Source: Mobula hypostoma (taxonomy: Eukaryota). Taken from it: DNA of 64,000 bases. This document shows positions 27,078 through 39,736 of the stretch, in pieces. The DNA lies in NCBI RefSeq assembly GCF_963921235.1, contig NC_086106.1, forward strand, positions 107,694,001-107,758,000, given 5' to 3'. Both the position numbers and the translations under genes were made by a program. A model generated the notes under the pieces. The model saw only the letters and a list, made by a program, of their open reading frames with translations. It had not been told where the DNA came from and ran no database searches. How positions within the stretch are numbered: the stretch's first letter is position 1; every line of letters starts with the position of its first letter.

Positions 27078-27424
27078 AAGATGATGACAGCCATTGATCG
27101 TGTGGACAGTCAGAGGCTTTTTCCCAGGGCTGAAATAGCTAACACGAGAGGGTACAGTTTTAAGCTGCTTGGAAGTAGGTACAGAGGAGATGTCAGGGGT
27201 AAGTTTTTTTATGCAGAGAGTGGTGAGTGCATGGAATGGGCTGCCAACAATGGTGGTGGAGATGGATACAATAGGGTCTTTTAAGAGACTCTTAGATACG
27301 TACATGGAGCTTAGAAAAATAGAGGGCTATGGGTAACCCTAGGTAATTTCTAAAGTAAGTACATTTTCGGCACAACATTGTGGGCCAAAGGACCTGTATT
27401 GTGCTGCAGATTTTCAATGTTTCT
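27078..27424 (+). mobile_element. CR1 3' fragment nested in the Tc1 left TIR
   Basis: IDRVDSQRLFPR..RGDVRGKFF plus a CR1 tail. 4-bp TSD AGAT (27074-27077 / 27425-27428). Confidence 0.85.
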
Positions 27425-27679
27425 AGATTCCTACAAAGTGATCTAAATTAGTTACAAAAATAAAACACAAAATAATTGATCGCACAAGTATTCACCCCTT
27501 TTAATATGACACACCAAATCACTGGTGCAGCCAATTGGTTTTATAAGTCACATAATTAGTTAAATGGAAATCACTTGTGCGCAGTCACGATGTTTCAATT
27601 GATTGTAGTAAAAATACACCTGTATCTGGAAGGTCCAACAGCTGGTGCGTCAGTATCCTGGGGGGAAAAAAACTACACT

Positions 27680-28654
27680 ATGAAGACAAAAGAATACTCC
27701 AAGCAAATCTGTGGAAAGCTTATTGAAAAGCACAAGTCAGGAGATGGATACAAGAAAATTTCCAAGTCACTGAATATCCCTCGGAGTACAGTTAAGTCAC
27801 TCATCAGGAAATGGAAAAAATATGGCGCAGCTGTAAATCTGCCTAGAGCAGGCCGTCCTCAAAAACTGAGAGGTTGTGCAAGAAGGTGACTAGTGAGGGA
27901 GGCCACCAAGAGGCCTATAACAACTCTGAAGGAGTAACAAGCTTCAGTGGCTGAGATGGCAGAGACTGAGCATACAACAACTGTTGCCCGGGTTCTTCAC
28001 CAGTCGCAGCTTCATGGGAGAGCCGTAAAGGGAAAGCCACTGTTGGGGGACAAAAAACTCACATGAAATCTCGGTGAGAGTTTACCATGTGGCACGTGGG
28101 AGACTTTGAAGTTGAGCTTTTTGGCCATCAGACTAAATCCTATATTTGACGTAAACTAAACACTGCACATCATCAAAAACACGCTATTTCTACCATGAAG
28201 CACGCTGGTGGCTGCATCATGCTGTGGGGATGCTTCACTGCAGCAGGTCCTGGAAGGCTTGTGAAGGTAGAGGGTAAAATGAATACAGTAAAATACAGGG
28301 AAATCCTGATGCAGTCTGCAAAAGATCTGCGACTTAGGAGGAGATCTGTTTTCCAGCAAGACAATGACCCCAAGCATAATGACCAAGCTACACAGGAATG
28401 TCTTAAAAAAACAACAAAGTTAATGTCCTGGAGTGGCCAAGTCAGAGTTCAGACCTCAATCCAATTAAGAATTTGTGGCTGGATTTGAGAGGGCTGTCTA
28501 CTCACGATCCCCATGCAATCTGACAGAGCTTGAGCAGTTTTGTAAAGAAGAATGGGGAGACATTGCAGTGTCCAGATGTGCGTAGCTGGTAGAGACCTAG
28601 CCACACAAACTCAAGGCTGTAATTGCTGCTAAAGGTACACCTACTAAATACTGA
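27680..28654 (+). pseudogene. Tc1 transposase pseudogene
   Basis: MKTKEYS..HKSGDGYKKISKSL..RAGRPQKL, KHAGGCIMLWGCF, FQQDNDPKH and [11 protein letters not shown], with stops, frameshifts and deletions. Confidence 0.9.
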
Positions 28655-28700
28655 CTTGAAGGGAATGAATACTTGTGCAATCAATTATTTTGTGATTTAT

Positions 28701-29307
28701 GTCTTATGGTCAGCTCCTATGTCTTATGCTGTACCCCTGCATGCTTTGCAGATCGGTATCAGTTCATGGCCCGGAGGGTGGGGGCCACTGCACCACCCCA
28801 ACCTGCAATGACTCAGCCTAACACACCATCATCAGTGTGCTCGGCGCTGTCCCAATTCCGGTAAGTGATACTACACTGTATATACATTATTTCTACTTTA
28901 TATAGCCTGTGTATTTTTACGTGTTATTTGGTATGATTTGGCAGCTTCATAGCTTAAAGGTTACTGGAGAGAGCGTTTCTGCTGAGAGTGCTTGCATAAG
29001 ATTTTCTGCTGACGGCGATTGCGTGAGATTTTCGCTACGGAGAACAGCGCAGTAATGATTGTGGAAAAGTATTTCTACTTTATATAGGCTGTGTATTTAT
29101 CTTATCATTCCTGCTTTTACTACATGTTACTGTTACTTTAGGTTTTATGTGTTATTTGGCATGATTTGGTAGGTTATTTCTGGGTCTGCGAACGCTCACA
29201 AAATTTTCCCATATAAATAAATGGTAATTGCTTCTTGGCTTTACGACATTTCGGCTTATGAACCATTTCATAGGAATGCTCTACCTTCGGATGGCGGGGA
29301 AAACCTG
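28701..29307. mobile_element. Tigger/pogo-like DNA transposon, one end only
   Basis: Ends ...gcggggaaaacctg|TA. Internal direct repeat tatttctactttatatag.ctgtgtattt at ~28888 and ~29070. Confidence 0.55.
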
Positions 29308-29309
29308 TA

Positions 29310-29892
29310 ATACAAATTATGTATAAAGTAAAAAATAGACAGCTACCACAAAGTATCCAAAGGTGGTTTAAAATGAGAGAAAGTCAACATGATTTGAGAG
29401 GAACATGTATATTTCAAAAACAAAGGATAAGAACAAATGTAAAAAATCATTGTACTTCAGTCAGAGGGGTGAATCTATGGAACAGTAGTAGTGAGAATTT
29501 AAAAACATGCACCATACTTAACAAGTTTAAAAAAATTACTTAAAAATAATTTAATGAACAAATATAAAGTACATGGTTTAAAATAAATGGGAGTAATGTA
29601 AATAAATAATACTTGAAATTGGATTTTGTGTTAAAAGATTATGAATTTTTTTGTTTTGATGTGATGATTGATGCCAAATATGTTGTAAGAGGGGTAAGCG
29701 TAATAAGTTGTAGCTTCAGCCTACACCCTTTCAGTCTGTTTTAAAGAATATCTATGTTTTTTTTGTTGTAATTTTGTCCTATGAAATCATCGTTGAAAAT
29801 GATGTTTGTTATGTTTGCGAAAATCTGCAAAAATCATGCTGTGTTTGTACTGACCGAAATAAATTCCGTTCATTCATTCATTCATTCAATTC
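29310..29892 (+). mobile_element. LINE 3' end (Crack/L2-group-like) with (ATTC)n tail
   Basis: ORF MYKVKNRQLP..HDLRG..RTNVKNHCTSVRGVNLWNS..FKK, then AATAAA and ttcattcattcattc. Confidence 0.7.
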
Positions 29893-30427
29893 CTCGAAAA
29901 TGTGGCTTCTAATTGGGAAAAAAAATCATGCTTATTCTCCTGAGATCTTTCAGCTTCTCTTTCAATGTAATATTCTATCCAATGAGAGACATGCTCCTGA
30001 TTCAGTCTGATATTCATTTGACTACAGGAATTAAGTTGCAATGCCGTTAGCATTTCTACTTCTTGATAATTGATCTATTCTGTTGAAGAATTGGCAAGTA
30101 CTTTACACTTTGGGAAAAATACTTGGAAAAACACAGAACATTGACACAGAATTATTGCAGAACAGTGCAAATGCATCCACTGTATGCCAGCATTGGAGGA
30201 CTTTAGTGAGGACTTGAACAAGATTTGAGTTCTAAGAAGAGGCTGATAACCTGAAGACTCACACTCAATGTTCCCCTCTGCCATCAGATTTCTGAATTGC
30301 TTATGAACTGATGAACACTTTCCCACATTTCCTCTTTTGCATTATTTATTTTTTATTGTAACTTGTAGTAATCTTTTATTTTGTGCACTGTACTGTTGCC
30401 ACAAAACCATGCATTTCATGACACATA

Positions 30428-30885
30428 CAAGCTGCTGGAGGAACACAGCAGATCAGAGTTGAGCAAGGTTTAAATTATAAGAGAAGTATGGAAAGGAGTG
30501 AACGGTTGACATTTTGGAGTGTGACCCTTTATCAGGACTGGAAAGAAGCCAGAATAAGAAGGTGGGGGGAGGGGAAGGAGTTCAAGCTAGAAAGTGATAG
30601 GTGAAGCCAGGAGGATGAGGGAGGATTGTTGAAGTGAAATAGGTAGGAAAGGTAAAGAGCTGAGGAAAAAGGAGTCTGATAGGAGAGGAGAGCGGACCAT
30701 GCGAGAAAGAAAGGAGCAGGGACATTGAGGGAGGTGATAGGCAGGTGAGTCAAAGAGAAGAGATATGAGGGGGTCAGAGTGGGGAATGGAGGGAGGGGGA
30801 AAATTACTGGAAGTTAGATAAACCAATGTTCATGCCATCCGGTTGGAAGCTACCCAGACGGAATATGAGGTGTTGCTCCTCTACC
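30428..30885 (-). mobile_element. Penelope-like pLTR fragment inserted in a Rex1 3' tail
   Basis: Reverse of EEQHLIFRLGS and of the pLTR. A degenerate duplication catttca.. flanks it (30412 / 30886). Confidence 0.7.
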
Positions 30886-31724
30886 CATTTCACAGCATAT
30901 GTCAGTGATAATAAACCTGGTTCTTATCTTTACAATAAGCACAGGAGACCTTACAGAAATATGCAAAATCCTGATGGGCATAAATAAGGGGAATGGTCAC
31001 AGTCCTTTTTTTCCAAAATAGGGAAGTCTAAAACCTGAAAATTGTCATGTATTCAGACTATTTTGTTAGTTGAGAAAGATTCAGAGTGGACGTGGCAATG
31101 AAACTAACTGTCCAAATGTGGTTGTACTAAAAGGACTTGGCACATCCTATTTTAAATGGTGCTTAATATTCAAGTAGTTAATAAGAGGAGATGGTTTAGC
31201 TATTATCTCATTGGCAAAGACTATCATAAATGACACTTCAGGGCAAAATGCAGAAAGGAGGTGCTGTATAACTTCATTAGTTGTCTTAATTTAGTTCAAG
31301 GACACCCTAAGTTTATGCAATGCTTATAAGTTAAACTTTTGAATAATTATTTTTTTTTAATTTGATAAATCTGTGTAGCACTTAATTGCAATTTTCCAAT
31401 ATAAATTATGCTAGTAGTGAATCATTGTTTATATGCCTCACGGATAGCTTGCTTCAAAAGTTCTAAAGTGCACAATAGAGAAATGTAGTGATAAGAACAG
31501 AAAGTTGGCTGTTTGACAGCAAACCCTGTCATCTGCGCTTGCTGATAATCTCATTCAAATGGTGGGTCCTGGCAGCAGATTTGATCGAAGAAGCATTAAA
31601 ACTGTGAACTTTAACTGGATCTGTTTTGGTCTTGGTAACTACAGATGGTGTGCACCTGGGATAAAGGAATATAATAAGCCATCATATTTTGGAAAAAAAA
31701 AAGCAGTGTCTAGATAAACCTATT

Positions 31725-31975
31725 AGAGCTGGGGCATCGGCGTTCAGAGTTCAATCCCAGCATCCTCTGTAAGGGCTTTGTATGTCCTTCCCATGGAATG
31801 CGTGGATTTTCTCCAGATGCTCTGGTTTCTTCCCACAACCCAGCGGTGTACTGATTTGTAGGTTAATTGGTCACTGTAAATTGTCCCATGGTTGTGTTGG
31901 GGTTGAATCGGAGGGTTGCTGGCGTCGTGTCTCAAAGGGCCAGAAAGGCCTATTTTGTGCTATATCAAACACCCA
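31725..31975 (+). mobile_element. HE1/V-SINE
   Basis: gagttcaatccc B box and V-domain tgcgtggattttctccagatgctctggtttcttccca. Confidence 0.7.
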
Positions 31976-33946
31976 GTAACAACTTCTTCCTACACTGAAT
32001 GAGTTTTCAGGAAAACATGGACAGTTTACCAGCAGAGAAGATGTATAGTAGAACAACAGATTCAGTGTGATACAGCACGGAAAGTAGCTCCTTTTGCCCA
32101 CGTCATCTATGCTGACCGAGATGCCCAGCTAAGCTGGTCCCATTTGCCCATGTACCATGTAGAATACAATTCAATACAGGGAAGTGTAATGTGACTAATT
32201 CAATGAGAAAAGTAAGAAATGGAGAAATTCATTCAGTGGAAGCTGATGGAGGAAAATTAAGTTAGTTTTCAAATTTCCCTAAAAATCTAACTATAGATTG
32301 ATGAAACGAACAAAAACATATTAGCATGCAAGGAAACTGAACTAATGATAAACTGCACTGCAATTAGGAGTCTTCTCTTTAACTCAATACACTTTTCCCA
32401 TTATTAAACTAACCATAAAACTGCATTGCAAATGTTAAATCACGGTTAAGTGTATCATTTTACAATCCCATCATAAAATGTTCTGCACCATACATGTTTC
32501 AGCGTTTATACCAGGGAAGGGAAAGCATACCTATAAGATTAGCTTGGAAATATTGATGATTTGAAACAGAGGAGCTAAGAGTTATGTATACTCACAAATA
32601 CTTTCAAGCTAATTTCCCAGGTTAAGGGATCAACAACTTAATATTGCCACAGTAGGGTTACATCAGTTTGCATAGAACATAAACTACAGATGGGATCATC
32701 TTCCCCAATTAGATTATGCTGGTGTTTATGCTCCACTCCTTCCTTCTTCCCTCCTCTTCCTCTATCCACATACTTCTTTCACTTTGAAATGTTTACTCAG
32801 CCTGCCCTCAAATATATATAAACTATTCACCACAAACATTCCTTGAGGTAGTGGGTTTCCCAAACTCAACTATGTTTGGACAGGGCATTTCTGAATTCCT
32901 TCTATGACTTTTCAGTGGTTTTCCTCTCCTCCACAAATGGCCTCTGCTCGTAACTACTGTCAACGTCTTTCATAATTGATGACTCCTCAGTCTCATCAGC
33001 ACAGTTTCAAACTTTTGCATAAAAAACTGAAAGGTGGTTACTGAGAATACAAACGTAAGGCACTGCAGCAAGATGGTTAAATACTGGACCAATATACAGA
33101 GACTGGGCTATAGATCTGGAGACATAAGCTTAAGTGATCCCAAGGCAATTGGGGAAACTACATTCAAACAGTTGGATGAAATATCAGTAATGGTGAATAT
33201 GAAAATACCAGATTATCATAAACACTACTTTAGTTAATTAATGACTCAGGGAGTGAAATCAGTCTACTTACTTAGTCTGGCCAAAATATGACACCCAAAC
33301 CCTAGGATATGGTCCATCTTTAATTGTCCTCTGAAATGGCTCAACAAGCCCTTTCAATGTTAGTTGATGATAGATGGTGTACTAATTAACGATTCCCAGA
33401 TCCACTTAGAAGCAGGAGTGGGCGTTTCACTCTCTTCCCTCTCCTCCATTAAATAGATCATGATTGATTAGCTTGGAGGCATTTTCCTACACCAGCCCAA
33501 TATCTCTTAGTAGGTTCATATTTTAAAACACATCTATTTCTTTCTTGAATACACAATTCTCAGTGAATGAGCCTCCACACTCTCTTGAGTAGAGAAATCC
33601 AAAGTGTCACATCTTAATGGTTGAAGAACATCTCTGACCTGAATGGCTTATCAATTGGATGGGAATTTGAGTTGTTTTTTACGATTAGCACACTCAGCTG
33701 TGTTGTTCATGGTTAACCTCAGCACAAAGAGGCTCTCAGGCCTATTCCATTTCTCAGCCTTTCTTTTCCCTCCCCTTTATTAAAGCTGAGAAAGATAGCA
33801 GCCTTGGGTAAGATCCTGCAATACTGAAGCAGACACACTCTGCTAAGAAATGCAGAGTCCCTTCAAAATGGTCCAAGCCTTGAAAGCATAGCTTCACTAT
33901 ACCAACAATCTATGTACTGCCTCTTAAGTGCCATGATATTTATTGA

Positions 33947-34420
33947 AACATGCTGGAGGACCTCAGCAGCATATATGGAAAAGAATAAACAGTGGATGTT
34001 TAAGGCCAAGACCCTTCTTCAGGACTGAGAAAGAAGGGGGAAGATGCCAGAATAAAAAGATGGGGTGTGGGGTAAAGGAACAAAGCTAGCTGATAGGTGA
34101 AGCCAGGTGGGTAGGAAAGGTCAAGGGCTGTAGAAGAAAGAATCTGATAGAAGAGGAGAGTAGACAATAGAAGAAAGGGAAGGAGGAGGGGACCTAGGGG
34201 GAAGTAATAGGAGGGTGAGAAGAAGTAACGGGTCAGAGTGGGGAATAGAGGAGGGGGGATTTGTTTACTGGGAGGAAAAATCATTATTACTACTCCCCCC
34301 GGTTCCCAGCCTCCTTCGTCGACTGTTTATTCTTTTCCATAGATGCTGCCTGACCTGCTGTGTTCCCCCAACATTTTGTGTGTGTTGCTTTGGAGTTCCA
34401 ACATCTGCAGATTTTCCTGA
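33947..34420 (-). mobile_element. Penelope-like pLTR with an inverted partial pLTR at the other end
   Basis: 33947-34270 is a minus-strand pLTR. 34317-34420 is a plus-strand copy of its terminal part, forming inverted arms. Confidence 0.75.
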
Positions 34421-34986
34421 CTTTATGCTATTTATCGTGTTTTTACCTTGGTCATTCAGCAGCCATACTTCCTTACGTTGGTGTGGAGGCAACTGTCACA
34501 GAACAAAGCCATGCGTGAATACCGGGCAGGCACTGACATAACCCTCTGAACATTAAGAGAATGGAATTTCATCTGTTTCCATTTTTGGGACAAGCGAACA
34601 TTCAGTACTTGCAAGGCCACGTGGAGGAGTGTCCTCGAGAGATCTGCTAACCCAACCAAAAAACTGTGTTCACCCTGTAAATTAATTCCTGAGGTAGATT
34701 TCAATCAGGATATCCTGATGGATGCACAGAGGTCCAGACATTAATTATCACTGAGGATTACACAGGAAAAATTTTCAAATAACACCCTAGGGCCCTGGTG
34801 AAAGCTATAGTATTCTTCCTCCTTCTCCTGGCAGCTTCACCTGCTCTGCAAATACTCTGCTCATTATTTATTTAGAGATACAGTGAGGAACAGGGCCTCC
34901 TGACTCAATGAGCCGCACCCTCAGTAACCCACCTATTAACACTAGTCGAGTCACAGGACAAACTACAATGAGCAATTCACCTACTA

Positions 34987-35528
34987 TACTTTATACTTTA
35001 TTGTCACCAAACAATTGATACTAGAACGTACAATCATCACAGCAATATTTGATTCTTCACTTCCTGCTCCCTGGAGTACAAATCAATAGTACATATTAAA
35101 TCATAAATAGAAAATAGAAAATGGAAAGTAAGGTAGTGCAAAAAAACTGAGAGGCAGGTCCGGATATTTGGAGGGTACGGCCCAGATCCGGGTCAGGATC
35201 CGTTCAGCAGTCTTATCACAGTTGGAAAGAAGCTGTTCCCAAATCTGGCCGTACGAGTCTTCAAGCTCCTGCGCCTTCTCCCGGAGGGAAGAGGGACGAA
35301 AAGTGTGTTGGCTGGGTGGGTCGTGTTCTTGATTATCCTGGCAGCACTGCTCCGACAGCGTGCGGTGTAAAGTGAGTCCAAGGACAGAAGATTGGTTTGT
35401 GTGATGTGCTGTGCTGTGTTCACGATCTTCTGCAGCTTCTTTCGGTCTTGGACAGGACAAATTCCACACCAGGTTGTGATGCACCCTAGAAGAATGCTTT
35501 CTACGGTGCATCTATAAACATTAGTGAG
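34987..35528 (-). mobile_element. Rex1/Babar 3' fragment nested in an HE1 SINE
   Basis: Near-identical to 6352-6885. 5-bp TSD TACTA (34982-34986 / 35529-35533), and the SINE resumes after it. Confidence 0.85.
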
Positions 35529-36004
35529 TACTAATTGGGAGGAAACCAGGGCAACTGGAGGAAACCCACAATTTCACGGGGAGGAATGTATAAACTCCTT
35601 ACAGGTGATGTTAGAATTAAACTCCAAACTCCGCGCCTTGAGCTGTAACAGCATCCCGCTAACGACTAAGCTGTCACAGCGCCTACTCATTCTCCCGGAC
35701 ATGGTGAGTTTCAAGAGGATCATTTTCTAAAGCATTCTCATCTGGCAGGAATTGGTTTGGTAGAGTCTTTGGAGTCAGAAAGGTCTATTTCCAGGTAAGA
35801 GTATGCAAGCCAGACAGCACCAAACACTTGTGGCATCAGACATACATCCCGGAACTAACCATTAGTGTTAATGAATCCTTAGTATAGACTAGCAATGTTG
35901 GAAAAAAAGTGTATTGAGTTTAAGAGATGGACCCCAATACAATTTGTAAACTTGAGTTTTATTTATTTCCATTCATATGGACATCATACTGTATTCTAGT
36001 TACA

Positions 36005-36360
36005 AATAGTAAGGAGGGAGAATTTGTTTCCTTAAAGCACATTAGTGAATTAAATGGATTGTTGAGACAATCCAGTATTTTCATGATCATGCAACACACA
36101 TCAAAGTTGCTGGTGAATGCAGCAGGCCAGGCAGCCTGGCCTGCTGCGTTCACCAGCAACTTTGATGTGTGTTGCTTGAATTTCCAGCATCTGCAGAATT
36201 CCTTGTGTTTTCATGATCATGATTGTTGATCTGAATGTTTCATTCTAATTTTGTAGAACTTTAATTTCAACTATCCATCCGCCTTGGGGAGATCTGAATG
36301 TAAGAGTTTGAACTGATCACCCAGGTGCCTGGACAGCTTGCCAAGTGACGCAGCAGTTGT
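36005..36360 (-). mobile_element. Old Deu-domain-like SINE (SacSINE/AmnSINE-type), interrupted by a hairpin insertion
   Basis: tttccttaaagcacattagtgaa...acaatccagtattttcatgatca resembles the reverse Deu-SINE consensus as I recall it. Confidence 0.45.
36092..36207. mobile_element. 116-bp palindromic PLE-derived mini-element
   Basis: 42-bp inverted arms (36091-36132 / 36134-36175, one mismatch) and a 14-bp TSD TTTTCATGATCATG (36078-36091 / 36208-36221). Confidence 0.9.
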
Positions 36361-36529
36361 GCTCCCATACACCTGGCTCATTAAAAATGGTGTCTGGAAG
36401 GAGTCACCTCACATTTGTTCACATGCTTTGGGATGACATTTGGAGTTTCAGGATACTCAGATTAACGAATCTCTCCCTAACATTCCTTTCCATATTGATA
36501 ATTCCAGAGCATGGAGGAAACTCAAATGC

Positions 36530-36826
36530 CACAGTGGCAGAGCAGTCAGTGCAACACTATTACAGCTCTGGGCACCGGAGTTTAGAGTTCGGTTCTGGTG
36601 CCGTCTGTAAGGAGTCTCTGTGCTTCCTTGTGGAATGCATGGATTTTCCATGGGTGCTCTGGTCTCCAAAGCAGTCCAAAGATGAGCTGGGTAGGTTAAC
36701 TGGCCATTGTAAATTGTCCTGTGATTAGATTAGGATGAATAGGGGTTGTCGGGAGTTGCTGGGGCAGGGTGGTTCAAAGGGCTGGAAGGTCCTACGCTGC
36801 CCTGTATTGCTAAATAAATAAATAAA
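36530..36826 (+). mobile_element. HE1/V-SINE
   Basis: tRNA-like head, V-domain and (TAAA)n tail. Confidence 0.7.
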
Positions 36827-38931
36827 TGGGGAATCTGCTATGAAGTGCTACTTAAAATTGAATTTAATAAAATTTATAAATACTGCTGCAACCTATTTAT
36901 CTCATTTCAGGCATGTAATTGAAGAACGCCATGCTTGTTCATACCGACTTAAGTGACCATTTATGGTTTGTGTGATAATCATAATCCGGTCGAGCTAAAG
37001 GTTATGGAATACCGCTAAAAGTCCAGTATTATTTGTCATCTAAAATCAAGTTTCTACAATACATGAAGACCTTCCAAATGTTCACATTCTCAGAGCATAT
37101 ATCTCAATCAGATCAGACAAAAATATCAACCGGCAAGTATTAAAATTCATGACTGCCCTCAGCAAAAAGGGCCCACTTTATCATCACAGTAACGTTTAGT
37201 CTTCAGATTTTATCTGATTCGTATTAAAATTACTTTGTTCTGTGGACTGCCCTCTAATTCGGAAAGATACCAGAGGAAAGACCCATTATAGAAGTGAGTT
37301 CTGGTATCTTGTTTACATTGCCTCACTTTTGCCTATTGAACTATCCCGTATAGATATTCCTAATCAAATAGCCTAGCACCATGGATAATATTTTAATGAT
37401 AAGAATCTGCAAAAGACAGTTCCACCACTCTCTTCTAATTCAAGTTAGTTCAGGGTGGTTTAGTGCATAATAATCATTATGTACTACAATGTAAAATCAT
37501 ATGTGAGTGTCAAATCCAAACAGTCTCCCATTACTCTGCAAATTCAGCATTGTTAATAGTCCTGTACCAATACCAAACGTGTAGGGTTAATCCACCATGA
37601 ATCACTGCAATATATTGTGTTGGTAGCTTTGCAAAGGTGATTTAATAAAATGATTAACCCAAAAACCAAGGGGGAGAAAAGCCGAAACAATGGGTAGTAC
37701 GTTTAGACCATAATGTTAATTCCATTGAACGTCAAATCCTTAATACATCATAAAGCAAATCATGCTTACAACACCATAGCAAAGTGAGAAAGCTGAATAT
37801 TTTATTGAGAGATACAATATGCTAACAGTCCCTTATGGTACAACTTGCCCAATTGCACTCATGGGATCAATTAATTTACTAACCCGTACACCTTTGGAAT
37901 ATGGGAGGGGTCCAAAGCACTCAGAACAAACCCACTTGGTCACAGGGAGAGTGTACAAACTAACAGAGAGCGGTGGAAGTAAACCCAGTCACTGTCGCTG
38001 TAATGGTGTTACGCTAACCCGTACACTCGATCGCTGCCTTCTCTAGGTTATGTTTTAACCTGGAGGGATTTCATTTCAACAGAGCAATTCTCAACTAAAT
38101 TGAAGAATTTATGGTAAATAGCTAGGCATAAAGCCGAAAATTGACTGGAATGAGTGAGAAATAGTAATAAGAAGAGGAATAAAAGTACACTTTATAGGTC
38201 AAATCTCCAGTGACCAGATATGGCCACTATGCAAATATCAGTTCAATAACACACACCCCTTGCAGACGTCTTGTTTGTTTATATAATATGTTATGAGCTG
38301 AACATATTTCCCAAAATACTTTTATGATTCATTGAATCTGAAATACAAGCTACCCGATGGGACTGTTTTATTATGTCATTAGAAGACTCAGAGGGCATTA
38401 TATTACGATTACTGAATATATAAATGGTCTATAAATACTGCTCTCATTTATTAATATGCAATGATGCTAGTCCTGTCTGCATCATTAAACTTAAATCTAT
38501 TTGTAAAGCTGCTATTTTATCCAAGAAAGGCACCAGCTTTGCAGAGTTCATTTTCCATGTTGCTGGGACAGACTAATTTATAAAAGAAAGCTGGAATCCC
38601 TTGCCTTTGGGAAACTGCATATATTGTGCAAAACAGAAAAGTATTTTTAAGTTTGGGAGGTCTTGGTAAATTGTTGCAGTGTCTTGTGTAGGGGGCACAC
38701 ACTGGAGCCATGTGGCATCAGAGAGGATAGAACACCAGTCAGGTTGGGTGTACTGCTGGGGTGCTGCTCCGGGAAAGTGAAGAATATGTCATCATACTCC
38801 TAGAAAATAAATCATAGAGCAGTACAGCGCAGGAACAGGCCCTTTGCCAAACCAATTAAATGGCCCACTAAACTGATCCATTTTGTCTCGACAATGTCCA
38901 TGTGCTTCTATTTCCCTCACATTCATAAAGT

Positions 38932-39242
38932 AAAGGCATCCGTTAGTCTTGCGAGACCATGGATCTGTTCCTGGAAAGTTTTCACTCTCCAGGGCACAGG
39001 CCTGGGCAAGGTTGTATGGAAGATCAGCAATTGCCCATGCTACAAGTCTCCCCTCTCCACGACACCAGTGTTGTCCAAGAGAAGGGCATTAGGACCCATA
39101 CAGCTTGGCACCAGTGTCGCCACAGAGCAATGTGTGGTTAAGTGCCTTGCTCAAGGACACAACAAGCTGCCTCAGCTGGGGCTCGAACTCACGACCTTCA
39201 GATCGCTAGTCGAATGCCTTAACCACTTGGCCACGTGTCCAC
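38932..39242 (-). mobile_element. tRNA/Meta-like SINE nested in a CR1 3' fragment
   Basis: Highly similar to 2155-2472. B box GAGTTCGAGCC. CR1 tail sequence lies on both sides. Confidence 0.8.
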
Positions 39243-39736
39243 TCATATGCCTATCTAAACATAAGTGAAAAATCCCTAATGTATCTTCCTCTACCACCAC
39301 CTCTAGGAGTGCATTCCAGGCACCCACCATGATGGGTCTTATTGGATTTGACTCGCCTAATGCAAAGGCAAGTGATAAAGACATCTCCAACATCGGCCTG
39401 CCAGTTGAAAAAGCAGGTGGTTTGCTGAGGTGGTTCAGGTTAGGATTTAAATGGGAGAATCTTCAAGATAAAGCCCTGCATTCATTATCAATACCTAGTT
39501 TGTCTTGCAAAAATGGTCGACAACAGTTTGTGATATGAAGGTACTCACAGTGATTTTAGATAGGTTGGGAGTGTCAGGATTTAGTCCCAGTGATGCACCT
39601 GCAATTACTCCAAAAGACTGAAATAGGGCAAATACTGAAAGGATTTTATTCACAGTAAAATGTGACTTCCAGCATGCTGAGTGTCTGCCCCTGGACTGAG
39701 GAGGAGGAGCAGGGTGAAATCACCTTTATACAGGGG

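Larger units (their letters stand above)
26937..28700 (+). mobile_element. Tc1-like DNA transposon (IR/DR type), right TIR truncated
   Basis: TA then a left end tagtacctgtaaaaagtattttcccc. The inner repeat aagtattcacccc (~27486) is mirrored at ~28660-28694. Confidence 0.9.
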
